A DNA stretch of 64,000 bases from Alphaproteobacteria bacterium (GCA_015062435.1 SUUR01000006.1:258-64257); one strand, 5' to 3'; shown: positions 28,864 to 39,469, numbered from the stretch's first letter. Numbers and translations: made by a program. The notes: generated by a model not told the origin, from the sequence alone.

Positions 28864-29292
28864 ATGAGAATTGTGATTTTATTCTTTTTGTTGATTATGG
28901 TAATTGTTTGGGGGGTAAAGGCTCAAGTTGAAGAAAATGCACCTACCGTTGTTATCGGTGCGGCAGCAACTCCTGACGGAAATGAAAATGTATTTGAAGT
29001 TGTACAACCAAAAGATGCTCCAAATCCTTTAGGGAATCCGATTGAGGAACAAAATAGTGATGCTGATGATAACAAACTTCCAAAAATTGCTGATAGTGAA
29101 GTGGCAAAAAAAGAAACAATATCTCCTCAACAACCTCAGAATGCAGTTCAAGCAGGAAAAGATTTTCAAAATACATTGTTAGAGGCAAACGGTAGAGTTT
29201 ATGATGTGCAATCATATCCGGAAGGAGATTTGCCGATTATGAATAATACGGCAAATCCGGAAACGATATATTCTCCCAATGTGAATCCTTAG
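28864..29292 (+). CDS. Hypothetical secreted protein
   Basis: ggagg RBS, signal peptide ending VKA-Q, Pro/Asn/Gln-rich. Confidence 0.75.
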   Translation: MRIVILFFLLIMVIVWGVKAQVEENAPTVVIGAAATPDGNENVFEVVQPKDAPNPLGNPIEEQNSDADDNKLPKIADSEVAKKETISPQQPQNAVQAGKDFQNTLLEANGRVYDVQSYPEGDLPIMNNTANPETIYSPNVNP

Positions 29293-31013
29293 TCACATTC
29301 TTGCTGTTTGGTATCAAGAGTTTGACATTGCCAACTATCGGTTATAAGGTTGGCAGGTTCTAAGATAAATTCTTGTTTGTTTATATCTGTGGCAGAACCG
29401 AGATGAACGTATTGCATGTTGTCACATTGTAAACCATCATTTTCGGCTAGCGGATATACGGTATCTCCATAAGCGTTGAAAATCTTAGCATATCTGTACA
29501 TTTGTACTGACGATAAAGTGTTGGCAAGATCAGGACGATCACTGGTGGATATAAGTTTGATGCTTGAAGTATCTAAGTTGGTCCATTGTTTTAGAATAAC
29601 CGGAGTTTTATTGGCAATAATGCCACTTTCTATTTTTACTTTGGAGTTGCAACCAAAAATTATCGGCAAAGCAGATTCAGGAGTAGATGTATATTCTAAT
29701 TTTCCTTTGATAAATATTTCAGTGTAACTGTGAGCTTTGAGATTACCAAGCAAGTTGCCTTTAATTCCTAAAGAGGCATCTTTTAGAACCTCAACATTTC
29801 CGTTGATATCGCCGGTTGATAGAAGCTTGCTTCCGTTGTTTATTTGAAAGTTGCTACAAATTGTGGGGATACCTGATATGCTTACGATACCGGAAATGGT
29901 GGTGAGTTCTCCGCTTAGCGGACATTCAGGGATTTGTCCTGACGCTTTGATTTTTACATTATTCAGGTGTCCGTTGAAAGATAATTTTATCGGATCCTCA
30001 AAAATAATGTTAAAGTTTATGTTTTGAATGTCTTTGTCAAAAAGGTTTTCATACATTGCAAGATTTTTATGATTTATGTGCAATGTAAGTTCAGGCCGGT
30101 TTTGTTCTTGGCATGATGGAAAAGGCATGCCAATCAATGAACGAAGTTCTTTTTTGGAGATATTGATTATCGGATCAGTAATGTCTTGTCCGAAAATATC
30201 AGCGGAAGGATAATTGTTTTGTGATTGTTTTAGGCAGTTGGGACTGCATTTTTTGAAGTTAGGATTATCCGGACAAGATGTGCTATCTTCTGTTTCTTGG
30301 CAAAAAGTGTATACAAAACCGTTGTCTTTACAAATATCAGCCGAAGTTTTGCAAGCACTGTATAAAATTTTGTCGGCTTGTTTGCAAGAAGGTGTGATTT
30401 CTGACATCGGTCCAAATTCACAAATGGAAAATCCTTCACATGGAGCAGGAGTAATATTGGTTTTGGTAATTCCGTTGCATGTAGTGCAAGTTTCTCCTGT
30501 TGCAATATATCCTTCAGGAATATTGTTAATATCGTGACTAAAGGTTGGGCAATCATTGCAACATATTCCATAATCAGCAGAAAAAGGACATTTGGTGTCA
30601 GTCAATTGGCATTTGGATTTGTGTGTGAAACCGGCATCAATGCATGATTTTTCAATGTCTTCTTTGCATATGCGGTATAAAGGAAATTTGTTGGCACACA
30701 TCTTAAACGGAAAAAAAGGCGATTTACAATCAGCTTCCGAAAATGTGTAGTTGTTATTGCGACACCATTGTTCTTGTGAACAGCTTTTGTAATAGGAATC
30801 GTGATGAGGGCAACGTTCTGAGGGAGCTGTTTGATTGGCGCAAGTGGCGTAAGTAATTTTATAGCCTTCATCTATACATTTCTGTTCTGATCTGCTGAGT
30901 TCGTGATTCTGGTAAGTGTTAATCGCAAATTCCGGTAAAGTGGCGGATTGAACAGGATATGAAAAAATAGCTGACATATAAAAAATCGTGAAGAATTTTG
31001 ATAAAATACGCAT
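29289..31013 (-). CDS. Secreted protein with Cys-rich N-terminal half and probable beta-helix C-terminal half
   Basis: Signal peptide, repeated CxxxGY/F...CP modules, then Gly/Asn/Ile-rich beta-repeat-like sequence. Confidence 0.8.
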   Translation of the reverse strand: MRILSKFFTIFYMSAIFSYPVQSATLPEFAINTYQNHELSRSEQKCIDEGYKITYATCANQTAPSERCPHHDSYYKSCSQEQWCRNNNYTFSEADCKSPFFPFKMCANKFPLYRICKEDIEKSCIDAGFTHKSKCQLTDTKCPFSADYGICCNDCPTFSHDINNIPEGYIATGETCTTCNGITKTNITPAPCEGFSICEFGPMSEITPSCKQADKILYSACKTSADICKDNGFVYTFCQETEDSTSCPDNPNFKKCSPNCLKQSQNNYPSADIFGQDITDPIINISKKELRSLIGMPFPSCQEQNRPELTLHINHKNLAMYENLFDKDIQNINFNIIFEDPIKLSFNGHLNNVKIKASGQIPECPLSGELTTISGIVSISGIPTICSNFQINNGSKLLSTGDINGNVEVLKDASLGIKGNLLGNLKAHSYTEIFIKGKLEYTSTPESALPIIFGCNSKVKIESGIIANKTPVILKQWTNLDTSSIKLISTSDRPDLANTLSSVQMYRYAKIFNAYGDTVYPLAENDGLQCDNMQYVHLGSATDINKQEFILEPANLITDSWQCQTLDTKQQECD

Positions 31014-31199
31014 CTTGCCCTCTGATTTATATTTATAATGTTTTATTTTATGTGTTTTGGATTAAGATTGAGTTAAAAAAACAGTTTCTTTTTTTTTGAC
31101 AAAAATAATTTTTTGACTAGATTTAAATCAAATTTTGTGATATGTTGTGTTCGTTATTATAATATAACAACAGAAAATAAAGAAGAATAGGAATGTGAT

Positions 31200-31706
31200 A
31201 TGAATAAAAAAATATCAGTTTTGAATCCGTTCAATTCCGGCGAATATGTTGTTTATCCGGCTCATGGTGTGGGCAAAGTGGAGGATATTACAAAGCAAAA
31301 AATTGCAGGTTCGGAATTAGAATTGATTGTGGTCAATTTTGCTAAAGATAAAATGACTTTGCGTATCCCTATGGCAAAGGCTGAAACTACCGGTTTGCGA
31401 AAAATATCCGGTGCTGATACTTTTAATGAAGCTTTAACGACATTAAAAGGAAAAGCTAAAGTGAAAAAAATTATGTGGTCTCGGCGAGCACAAGAATATG
31501 AAAATAAGATAAATTCCGGTAGTCCGGTGGCTATTGCTGAAGTTGTCAGAGATCTACACAGAAATGAAAATTTAGCAGAACAGTCTTATAGCGAACGCCA
31601 AATATATGAGCATGCATTAGATAGGTTAGCTAATGAATATGCCGTGTTTGAAAATATTACTCCGGCGGAAGCTACTCAAAAATTACTTGATTTATTAGTA
31701 AAGTAA
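31200..31706 (+). CDS. carD: CarD/CdnL-family transcription factor
   Basis: VVYPAHGVG, MWSRRAQEYENKINSG, AEVVRDL, QSYSERQIYE. Confidence 0.95.
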   Translation: MNKKISVLNPFNSGEYVVYPAHGVGKVEDITKQKIAGSELELIVVNFAKDKMTLRIPMAKAETTGLRKISGADTFNEALTTLKGKAKVKKIMWSRRAQEYENKINSGSPVAIAEVVRDLHRNENLAEQSYSERQIYEHALDRLANEYAVFENITPAEATQKLLDLLVK

Positions 31707-31722
31707 TTGTTATTGACGATTG

Positions 31723-31755
31723 AAGCACCTTGCTTAAAGTAAGGTGCTTTTTTTT
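31723..31755 (+). terminator. Intrinsic terminator after carD
   Basis: aagcaccttgct-taa-agtaaggtgctt followed by a T-run. Confidence 0.85.
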
Positions 31756-31860
31756 ATCTTGGGTATAATTCTGGGGATAAAAAAGACTCAGCTTGCGAAT
31801 CAAATCTTCATTATTTAAAAAAGTTAATAGTTTATTAACTTATCATATTGGGGATTTAAA

Positions 31861-32271
31861 ATGTTGGAAGATGCTGATTATATTGTTAGTCAAGCTGACG
31901 GAATTAGGATTTCTGCTTGTCCGGTGTTGGTTGATAAACTTGCTCCCAGTAATTTTATATGGGGATATTATTTGTGTATTGAAAATAATTCAAATGAAAG
32001 AATCCAATTGGTAGGTAAAGATTGGAATATTACTGATGATGCCGGAAATTCTTATAATGACAGTTCTGCCGGTTTTAAAGGTGAATTGCCGGAGTTGGAA
32101 CCAGGTGAGTATTTTGAATTTACATCTGAAACTCCTTTAGCATCTGCCAATGCCGTGTTTTACGGCAGTTGTAAAATTTTGTCAGAAGGGCAATCTCAAA
32201 TAAAAGAAATCCGGATACCTACTTTTTCGTTATCAGTATCCGGAAATCAGACAATTCCAACCATACATTAA
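31861..32271 (+). CDS. apaG: ApaG-domain protein (divergent)
   Basis: WGYYLCIEN, QLVGKDWNITD, GFKGELPELEPGEYFEFTS, IPTFSL. Confidence 0.8.
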   Translation: MLEDADYIVSQADGIRISACPVLVDKLAPSNFIWGYYLCIENNSNERIQLVGKDWNITDDAGNSYNDSSAGFKGELPELEPGEYFEFTSETPLASANAVFYGSCKILSEGQSQIKEIRIPTFSLSVSGNQTIPTIH

Positions 32272-32888
32272 TAGTATGTTGGTGTTATGGGTTTGTTTAT
32301 TACATACATGTTAAGATATTCGTAAATATTAGATGTCATTTTTACATTAAATTCATCAAATAATTTTGATACCATTCCACTCCAATATTGTTCTTTTTCC
32401 GCAATATCGGTATTGGCAGGGATGGTGAGTTCTCTCCAGGCATCTACGTTGGTTGATGCTTGAGACATATTTTCAGGATCTGTAATGCGTACGGTCATTA
32501 CTAATGAGGCTTTATATTTTACTCTATCTGTATTAAATAATTTATTGCCACTTTCTTCTAAGCTTTCTGTTACGCTGGCATCTTTTATGATAACTTCAGC
32601 AATTTTTCCGGTTGAAAAGTCAGCTGCTTTTAAGCGGTCTTGAGCCCATAATTTAGCTGTCTTTTCTATTGAAACAGGAAATAAATGTTCTACATGAGGG
32701 CGTGTGAACGATGGGGTAAATTCAGAAATGACTTTTATCTGGCTTACTTTTAATTGAATCGGTTCTTCGGTGTTGTAGCGGGGTTCTGTATAGCGAGGTA
32801 ATTCTTCATCAGTGATGAATAAACCGGAACATCCGCTGATAATCAGGCTTATAAGTATAATCGGAAGTTTTTTTAGGTAACTAGTCAT
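32268..32888 (-). CDS. Hypothetical lipoprotein
   Basis: Start moved to ATG 32888. Lipobox ISGC. Confidence 0.75.
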   Translation of the reverse strand: MTSYLKKLPIILISLIISGCSGLFITDEELPRYTEPRYNTEEPIQLKVSQIKVISEFTPSFTRPHVEHLFPVSIEKTAKLWAQDRLKAADFSTGKIAEVIIKDASVTESLEESGNKLFNTDRVKYKASLVMTVRITDPENMSQASTNVDAWRELTIPANTDIAEKEQYWSGMVSKLFDEFNVKMTSNIYEYLNMYVINKPITPTYY

Positions 32889-32982
32889 CGTTATTGTCCC
32901 GTTGTTGTATGCGATAATAGAAACTCCATGAAAATATGGAGTTTCTGTAAGCATATTAGATATTGATTAATAACTGGTTAAA

Positions 32983-33906
32983 TTACTGTTTATGCAGTTC
33001 ACCAATGTTGAAAGTGTAATGTTCGTTACAAAAGTTACAATCGGCGGTTATTTGATTGTTTATGGTCATTGCTTTGATATCGTCTTCTGAAAAAGTTTGT
33101 AACGTGTTTAATAATTTTTCTCTGGAACAACGGCAACCAAATTTATATTCTTTTGCGCCGGAAATATTGAGTTTGTTTCCGTGAAAAAGGCGGTGTAAAA
33201 TAGTTTCTGAGGTTAGTGACGCATCGAACACTTCATTGTCAGAAAGGCTTTCCATAAAGATTTTGGCCTCATTCCATATTTCCGTTTGTTCTTCTGATGA
33301 TAAATCTGTACTGATTGTGGGCATTTTTTGAAGCAAAATACCGGCAGCAGCCCATGAATTGCTTTCTCCATGAGGAGGCAATAAAAATAATTTCAGATCG
33401 GTGTCTATTTGTTCTGATTGTTTAAAATAGCGTAAAGCACATTCAGTCAGGTTTTTTCCTTGTAAGTCAACAATACCTTGATAAAGTTCAGAATTTTTCC
33501 CCTGATCAACAGTAAATACTAAGTGTCCTCCACCTAAAAGATGAGGTGCGGCCTCAATCTCGCCTTCAGTTTTTCTGAGCTCCTGTGAGTGTTTGAGGCG
33601 TTCTTCATCAAAACGGGCGCAGGCTCGGATTCTTCCATCAGAGGTGATGTCAACAACAACCAAATTAATTACACCATTGCTTTGAATTTGTAGGGTAAAT
33701 AAGCCGTCATACTTTAGTTGGCTTGCCAATAAAGCTCCTAAAACACTGCATTCGGCAACAACTGCAGCAACGGGGAGCGGGTAGCAATGTTTGTCTAATA
33801 TGGTGTTAAGTACATTGTTTAGTCGGATAAGACGTCCTTGATAGGCTCCGTTTTCAATAAAAAAGGATACACAGTTATCAAAATTTGATGATGTAATGGT
33901 AGGCAT
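32983..33906 (-). CDS. hslO: Hsp33 redox chaperone
   Basis: YQGIV, YFKQSEQ, GCRCSRE and CNFC Zn-binding motifs. Confidence 0.95.
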   Translation of the reverse strand: MPTITSSNFDNCVSFFIENGAYQGRLIRLNNVLNTILDKHCYPLPVAAVVAECSVLGALLASQLKYDGLFTLQIQSNGVINLVVVDITSDGRIRACARFDEERLKHSQELRKTEGEIEAAPHLLGGGHLVFTVDQGKNSELYQGIVDLQGKNLTECALRYFKQSEQIDTDLKLFLLPPHGESNSWAAAGILLQKMPTISTDLSSEEQTEIWNEAKIFMESLSDNEVFDASLTSETILHRLFHGNKLNISGAKEYKFGCRCSREKLLNTLQTFSEDDIKAMTINNQITADCNFCNEHYTFNIGELHKQ

Positions 33907-33940
33907 TTGATTTTTTTCCCTATATATTATCATTGTTAAA

Positions 33941-34519
33941 ATGATGTATAATTTAATTGTGAGGATTTTTCAAGTGAGAGAAGATGTTTTAGGGCAGAAA
34001 AATGTTAAAATTATGCGAAAAATGACTAAAGTACGGTTAAAAAATATAGGATTGTATTATTTAAAACGTTTCGAATCCTCAACGGCAAATTTAAGAAATG
34101 TGTTGCAACGCAGAGTGAATAATTATGTGTATCAGAAACAAGATATTGATAAAAAGCAAGCTTGGATATGGATTGAAGAAATTATTACAGAATTTCAAAA
34201 ATTGGGATATTTGGATGATCACAGATATGCCGAAATTAAAGTTAAATCTTATTTGGAGGTAGGTAAATCAGCCAGATATATCCATGGAAAGTTACGAGAA
34301 AAAGGAATTAGTGAGCAGATAATAAATGCAATTATTGCCGAACAGGAGTTTGATCCGTTTGAAGCGGCGATGAAACTGGCAAGAAAAAAAAGAATCGGTC
34401 CATACTGCCAAGATCAAAATTTAAGAAAAGAGAGAAAGTCTAAAGATTTGGCAGTTTTGGTAAGAGCCGGTTTTGATTATGATGTTGCTATCAGTGTTTT
34501 GGAGACACAGCCTGATTAG
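33941..34519 (+). CDS. recX: RecX-family regulator (start codon uncertain)
   Basis: YYLKRFESS, GYLDDHRYA, GKSARYI..KLREKGI, LVRAGFDY. Confidence 0.85.
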   Translation: MMYNLIVRIFQVREDVLGQKNVKIMRKMTKVRLKNIGLYYLKRFESSTANLRNVLQRRVNNYVYQKQDIDKKQAWIWIEEIITEFQKLGYLDDHRYAEIKVKSYLEVGKSARYIHGKLREKGISEQIINAIIAEQEFDPFEAAMKLARKKRIGPYCQDQNLRKERKSKDLAVLVRAGFDYDVAISVLETQPD

Positions 34520-35262
34520 TACCAAACTCTACTAAGGTACAAGCCACATGCGGGAGCGGTGGGGCCGGCAGCTTTTCTGTCTTTTGCTTCTAATATTTCT
34601 TTTACTTTTAGAGGTGTGATACTTCCTTCACCGACTAATTTCAATGTGCCTACAATATTACGTACTTGGTGATGAAGAAATGATTTGGCTTCAACTTCAA
34701 AAATAATTTCATCTTTTTGGCGGTAAATATCAAGTTTATCAAGAGTTTTTATAGGAGATTTAGCTTGGCAAGCGGCTGCTCTAAATGAGCTGAAATCGTG
34801 GTGTCCAAGTAAAAAAGTTGAAGCTTGTTGCATTGCTTCGATATCTAATTCAACGGGAACCCACCAAACCCGATTTTTTTTCAAAATTGTCGGAGAACGA
34901 CGATTGAGTATACGATAAATGTAGGATCTGCCTTTTGCTGAAAAACGAGCGTTAAACTCATGAGAAACTTGCTCAACTTCTAAAATGGCGACAGGAGCAT
35001 TTAGTTCTCGAAGATGATAGTTAAGGGCATCTCTAAGTTTCCAATCTTCAATATTGCGTTCTAAATCAAAGTGTGCAACCTGAGCAATGGCATGTACACC
35101 ACAATCAGTTCTACCCGCTCCTTGTATGGGAATAAGTTGTTTATCGGGAGATAAATTTGTGAGGGCATTTTCTAAGTATTCTTGGATGCTAGGGCCATCA
35201 AGTTGACGTTGCCAGCCAAGAGTATCAGTTCCGTCATATTCTATGGTGATTTTGTAGCGCAT
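34516..35262 (-). CDS. truA: tRNA pseudouridine(38-40) synthase
   Basis: IEYDGT..GWQRQ, GAGRTDCGVHA, HDFSSFR, FLHHQVR. Confidence 0.97.
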   Translation of the reverse strand: MRYKITIEYDGTDTLGWQRQLDGPSIQEYLENALTNLSPDKQLIPIQGAGRTDCGVHAIAQVAHFDLERNIEDWKLRDALNYHLRELNAPVAILEVEQVSHEFNARFSAKGRSYIYRILNRRSPTILKKNRVWWVPVELDIEAMQQASTFLLGHHDFSSFRAAACQAKSPIKTLDKLDIYRQKDEIIFEVEAKSFLHHQVRNIVGTLKLVGEGSITPLKVKEILEAKDRKAAGPTAPACGLYLSRVWY

Positions 35263-35280
35263 GAATTTCTTTCTTAAAAT

Positions 35281-35307
35281 AAAAGGGCATAAGTTAGTTT
35301 ATGCCCT
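35281..35307 (-). terminator. Probable terminator
   Basis: agggcataa-gttagt-ttatgccct hairpin with an A-run on its left. Confidence 0.6.
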
Positions 35308-35334
35308 AATTTTTTTTAATTGGCAAGTTAATGT

Positions 35335-36354
35335 TTATATTACATCGGCCTTTAAGTTTTTGTTGTTGTCTTGAGTTAAGAAACCAAGTTTATTTTCTAT
35401 TTGCCAGATAATTCGGAGAGCTTCTAAAGCATCAGATCCGCTAATTCTCGGTTTTTCGGTTCCTTTGATGCAATTTAAGAAATGTGATAATTCAGATTGC
35501 AAAGGTTGACCAGAAGGAATAAATAATTGTTCCACGCAACCTTTGAGACCATAGCGCATCCATTCCGGAATATTATCTTGCTGTACAAAAGACATGCGTC
35601 CTTGAGAATGTACGTTGATGCTTTGATTGATGAAATCCATATCAATGTAGTTGGTATCTGTGGTAACGGACAGTGTTCTGATTCTGGCTTGAGTTATGCG
35701 GCTTGCTGTGATATTTGCGGTAACTCCGTTTTGAAACTGAAGCAATGCGGTAATAAAATCTTTGCCATAAGGACTGTTAGGAGTCTTTACGGCATTAGCT
35801 TGAATGTTTGTTACCGGAGATTTGACTAAAGACATAATAACTTCAACATCATGTATCATTAAGTCCATGGCAACATCAACATCAGTTATTCTTCCGCTTG
35901 CTGCAGACATACGATTGGCAGAAAGAGAACAAATTTTAGATGTATCTGCCAAAATTTTATGCATTTGCTCTACTGCCGGATTGAATTGTTCAATGTGGCC
36001 GACAAGTAAAGTCACATTATTCTTTTGGGCGGCTTTAATCAAGCGTTGACATTCTTCTTCCGTAGTTGCTAACGGTTTTTCAATTAAGCAATGAATGCCT
36101 TTGTTTAAGAAAAATTCTCCAACTTCTGCATGGGTAACAGATGTGGTTACAACACTTACGGCATCTACTTGTGCGGCAACTTCATTTAATGATGAAAATG
36201 CTTTAATTCCAAAAGTTTTTGCTGCAGATTGGGCTGCTTCCGGATAAATATCGTAAACACCAATCAAATCAAAGCCAAGTAAGTTTTTATATGTTTTAAG
36301 ATGGTTTTTCCCCATCATGCCTGCGCCAATTACGGCAACTCGTATATTTGACAT
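35335..36354 (-). CDS. Gfo/Idh/MocA oxidoreductase (GnnA-like)
   Basis: GAGMMG, EKP, VGHIEQFNPA, DVDVAMDLMIHD. Confidence 0.85.
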   Translation of the reverse strand: MSNIRVAVIGAGMMGKNHLKTYKNLLGFDLIGVYDIYPEAAQSAAKTFGIKAFSSLNEVAAQVDAVSVVTTSVTHAEVGEFFLNKGIHCLIEKPLATTEEECQRLIKAAQKNNVTLLVGHIEQFNPAVEQMHKILADTSKICSLSANRMSAASGRITDVDVAMDLMIHDVEVIMSLVKSPVTNIQANAVKTPNSPYGKDFITALLQFQNGVTANITASRITQARIRTLSVTTDTNYIDMDFINQSINVHSQGRMSFVQQDNIPEWMRYGLKGCVEQLFIPSGQPLQSELSHFLNCIKGTEKPRISGSDALEALRIIWQIENKLGFLTQDNNKNLKADVI

Positions 36355-36464
36355 AGTTTTACCCCTAAATTTAATTCAAAAATTTATTTTGGTTTACATA
36401 TATCAATAATTTTGGTAAAAAGCTCTTAAATTCTTGTTACACTTTGTTACATGGACGAATCCGT

Positions 36465-38255
36465 ATGTGTAGTAGAAAATTTTTGGAAAATATACTGATG
36501 GGAGCAATACTGTTTGTTTGCTCTTGTACGGTTGTGGAACCAAAAATAGAAGATTATTCAGATGGAGAAAAGCCCTCTTTGGTGTTTGAAACGAATCCTG
36601 AGCCGGTTAAAGGTAAAATGGACGTTTATGATTCAATGGCTCGAGCAGTTAAGTATAATGTTGATGTTGTGGGGAGGTCTTTGCATAAAAGAGTAAGTGA
36701 AGCAAAAGAGAGTGATCCTCAAAAAATAATGGATAAAATAGCAAATGCCAATGTTAAAGATGAAAACTTGCTCTATAAGGCGTTGAGAATGTTGGATTTT
36801 GCGTTGGTGTATGCAAATGCCAATATGGGAGGAAGCCAAAAATATGCAGATAATTATTTTTATGAATCAGCCGCAAAATATTTAGCTTTGGAAGCAATCA
36901 GAGCTCATCAGAGTGTATGGTTTGCTAATAAAAAAGAAAAAAATATTAATGCTTTGATCAGGCAGGAACAAAAAATTGCAGATAATCTGGATAAAAAAGA
37001 GTTGCAAAGAGGCTTTTTGAGTGATGAAGAATATGATTTTAATAAAAATCAAAAAGTTTTGTTGTTAAGGTTGCTTGATATCAGGAATGCAATGAATTCC
37101 GAGTGGGAAGGATTTATTGATTTGGTTAAGCTTGATCCACCACAAGTTGAACTGGAAGGGCGCAGATTTTATGCTCTGGAAAATTTTGATGAAGATTATT
37201 CTTTAGAACTTTTTCAAGAGGCTGCAGTAAGAAACAGGCGAGAATTTTCTTTGGCTAAAGAATTTGGACAGTTTTTACCATATTCTCAAGTACGACGTTA
37301 CATAAGCAACAGCTATCCTCCGGTGGCAAGATTAGATGTGAATGGGGTTAAGGTGGAGTATGATATTTATAAGCAAGAGTTGTATGATAAAGCAGCATCG
37401 ATAGCTTTAGAGTTAATTACATTAGTAAATGAATATAAAAACTCCAAAGCTCCGATAAAAGGTGGATTGCTAAAAAGGTTGTTTGATGAGTTCGGTGCTG
37501 CAATCTTAACTCAGGTTGAGGTGTCATATCAGTTGGTTATGCTTGCAGATTTTGATTATGAAAATATTATTACAGCAGAGAAAAAGCATAAAAAAGAATT
37601 ACAGAGACTTAAAAAATTGCGGCATTTGACCGATGAGGACAGATTGGCCTTGTTTAAAGCAAAGATAACAGAATTGCAACTTGAACAGCGCAAATCTCAG
37701 ATATTGTCAGAAAGAGCCGAAGCTTTAAGAGGGTTATATTTTAATGCAGGATTATCTCCGGTAAAAGTTAATTTGACTAAAATTCCGATTAAAGATGTGG
37801 CTGCCGATATCAGAAAAACGTTAAATCAGGATTTGGTTGATATGTTGTCAGGGGTGAAAGTGCAATTAAAAAAAGAAAAATTAGTAGATGGAAAGTCCGG
37901 TTGGGCAAAGTCCTCCGGTTGGTTGGAAAATGTGGTATCTAACGCTACAAAGCCTGTGAAAGTAACCAAAATCGAAAAAATCATCGATGCAAATAAGACA
38001 GAAAAAAAACAAGAGATAGTCGTAAAAACGCAAATTATGCAATTAGGCGCATACAAAGAACTTAAAAATGCAAATGAAGATTGGGAAGATTTAATAAGTA
38101 AATTTCCGGAATTGAAAAATTATAATAAAAAACTTCAAGAAGTTAATATTGACGGTAATAAATGGTTACGCTTGCAAGTAAGCGGAAATGAACATGAAAT
38201 AAAAAACAGTTGTGACAAAATAAAAAAACAAGGTTACGGGTGTTTGTTGAGATAG
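36465..38255 (+). CDS. Divergent TolC-like outer-membrane lipoprotein with C-terminal SPOR domain
   Basis: Lipobox-like VCSC, SMARAVKYN, long coiled helices, C-terminal MQLGAY...W...CxxxKxxGxxC SPOR pattern. Confidence 0.6.
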   Translation: MCSRKFLENILMGAILFVCSCTVVEPKIEDYSDGEKPSLVFETNPEPVKGKMDVYDSMARAVKYNVDVVGRSLHKRVSEAKESDPQKIMDKIANANVKDENLLYKALRMLDFALVYANANMGGSQKYADNYFYESAAKYLALEAIRAHQSVWFANKKEKNINALIRQEQKIADNLDKKELQRGFLSDEEYDFNKNQKVLLLRLLDIRNAMNSEWEGFIDLVKLDPPQVELEGRRFYALENFDEDYSLELFQEAAVRNRREFSLAKEFGQFLPYSQVRRYISNSYPPVARLDVNGVKVEYDIYKQELYDKAASIALELITLVNEYKNSKAPIKGGLLKRLFDEFGAAILTQVEVSYQLVMLADFDYENIITAEKKHKKELQRLKKLRHLTDEDRLALFKAKITELQLEQRKSQILSERAEALRGLYFNAGLSPVKVNLTKIPIKDVAADIRKTLNQDLVDMLSGVKVQLKKEKLVDGKSGWAKSSGWLENVVSNATKPVKVTKIEKIIDANKTEKKQEIVVKTQIMQLGAYKELKNANEDWEDLISKFPELKNYNKKLQEVNIDGNKWLRLQVSGNEHEIKNSCDKIKKQGYGCLLR

Positions 38256-38321
38256 ATAAAATATTTGAAAAAAAATAAAAATTGCAGTAAAATAGTAATG
38301 TTTTAATGATTGGGTATTGCA

Positions 38322-39467
38322 ATGATTGAAGATGATAAAAAATCAAAACTTGAGGCCATGAAAGCTAAATTAGACAAGCGTAATGACGGAAGTGGTCTGA
38401 AAATAGATACCGAAGAAGCACAAGCATCTTGGACTGCGGTATCACAATCTTTTGATTTTGAAATCGGTCGAAACAATTTTATGACAAGTGTTGATTTTGT
38501 TGGAAAAAATCTGGAAAACGGAAAATTTGCGCATGAAAATTTACAAAATTCTAATTTTTCCGTAGCAAATTTAACAGGTGTTGATTTTTCCGGTGCAAAT
38601 TTAACCGGTGTTGATTTTTCCGGCGCAAATTTAACAAATGCAGATTTATCGGGAGCTGATTTAACAGGCGCAATATTATCCGGATCCGTACTACATGGTA
38701 CAAATTTCACAGGAGCTAAACTTAACGGAGTGAAATTTAGTGAAGCAGATTTGGAAAATGCAATATTGTTGGATATTGAAATTGATGCGCTGGGAATTGA
38801 AGAACTTCAAGAGCTGATAGAATATATTGCAAAATATTATCCTCATAAACTTAATTTAACGAAACTTAATTTGACTTTATTAAATCTGCAAAAAATTGAT
38901 TTATCTCAAGTTAATCTTAAAGGGGTTGATTTTACCGGATGTGATTTTACCGGTGTGAATATTGCAGAATTGGATTTAAGTGAATGTATTATAACTCCAC
39001 AACAAATTGCTCAAGCGTTAGGCAGAGTGCCATCAAAAGATGAGTTGGCAAAAATTTTAGCACCAAAGAAAAAGAAACCTCAGAAATTTAGCGGAGTAGA
39101 CATAAGTTCTATTTTTTTGGGTGATGGGAAAGAATTTGGCGTATGGGATGTGGTTAATGATAAAGGTATTAAAATTGAAACATTAATGAAATTGGGAAAA
39201 AAAGTATTTATGCATGGCGCTAAGAAACCTGAAGTGAAAGATGAAGAAGTTCTCAGTAATGTAAAAACAGAAAAAGAACTGATAACCAAATCACATAATG
39301 AAGAATTGCGTAAAGTTATTGAAGAAAGAAAAAGAAAAGAACTCGAAAACAGAGTTGCTAAAAAGAAAGAGTTTGAAGAAGAAATGAACAAAAATAATAA
39401 AGTTAAGGAAAAAGTTAAGTCAGATGCTACCGAATTAATAATTAATAGGGGACGGGATAGCCGATAA
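38322..39467 (+). CDS. Pentapeptide-repeat protein with charged C-terminus
   Basis: ANLTG/VDFSG/ADLSG repeats; Lys/Glu coiled tail ending NRGRDSR. Confidence 0.9.
   Translation: MIEDDKKSKLEAMKAKLDKRNDGSGLKIDTEEAQASWTAVSQSFDFEIGRNNFMTSVDFVGKNLENGKFAHENLQNSNFSVANLTGVDFSGANLTGVDFSGANLTNADLSGADLTGAILSGSVLHGTNFTGAKLNGVKFSEADLENAILLDIEIDALGIEELQELIEYIAKYYPHKLNLTKLNLTLLNLQKIDLSQVNLKGVDFTGCDFTGVNIAELDLSECIITPQQIAQALGRVPSKDELAKILAPKKKKPQKFSGVDISSIFLGDGKEFGVWDVVNDKGIKIETLMKLGKKVFMHGAKKPEVKDEEVLSNVKTEKELITKSHNEELRKVIEERKRKELENRVAKKKEFEEEMNKNNKVKEKVKSDATELIINRGRDSR
38565..38636 (+). repeat. 30-bp coding tandem repeat (2.4 copies)
   Basis: gcaaatttaac[a/c]ggtgttgatttttccgg[t/c], encoding ANLTGVDFSG. Confidence 0.9.
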
Positions 39468-39469
39468 TA

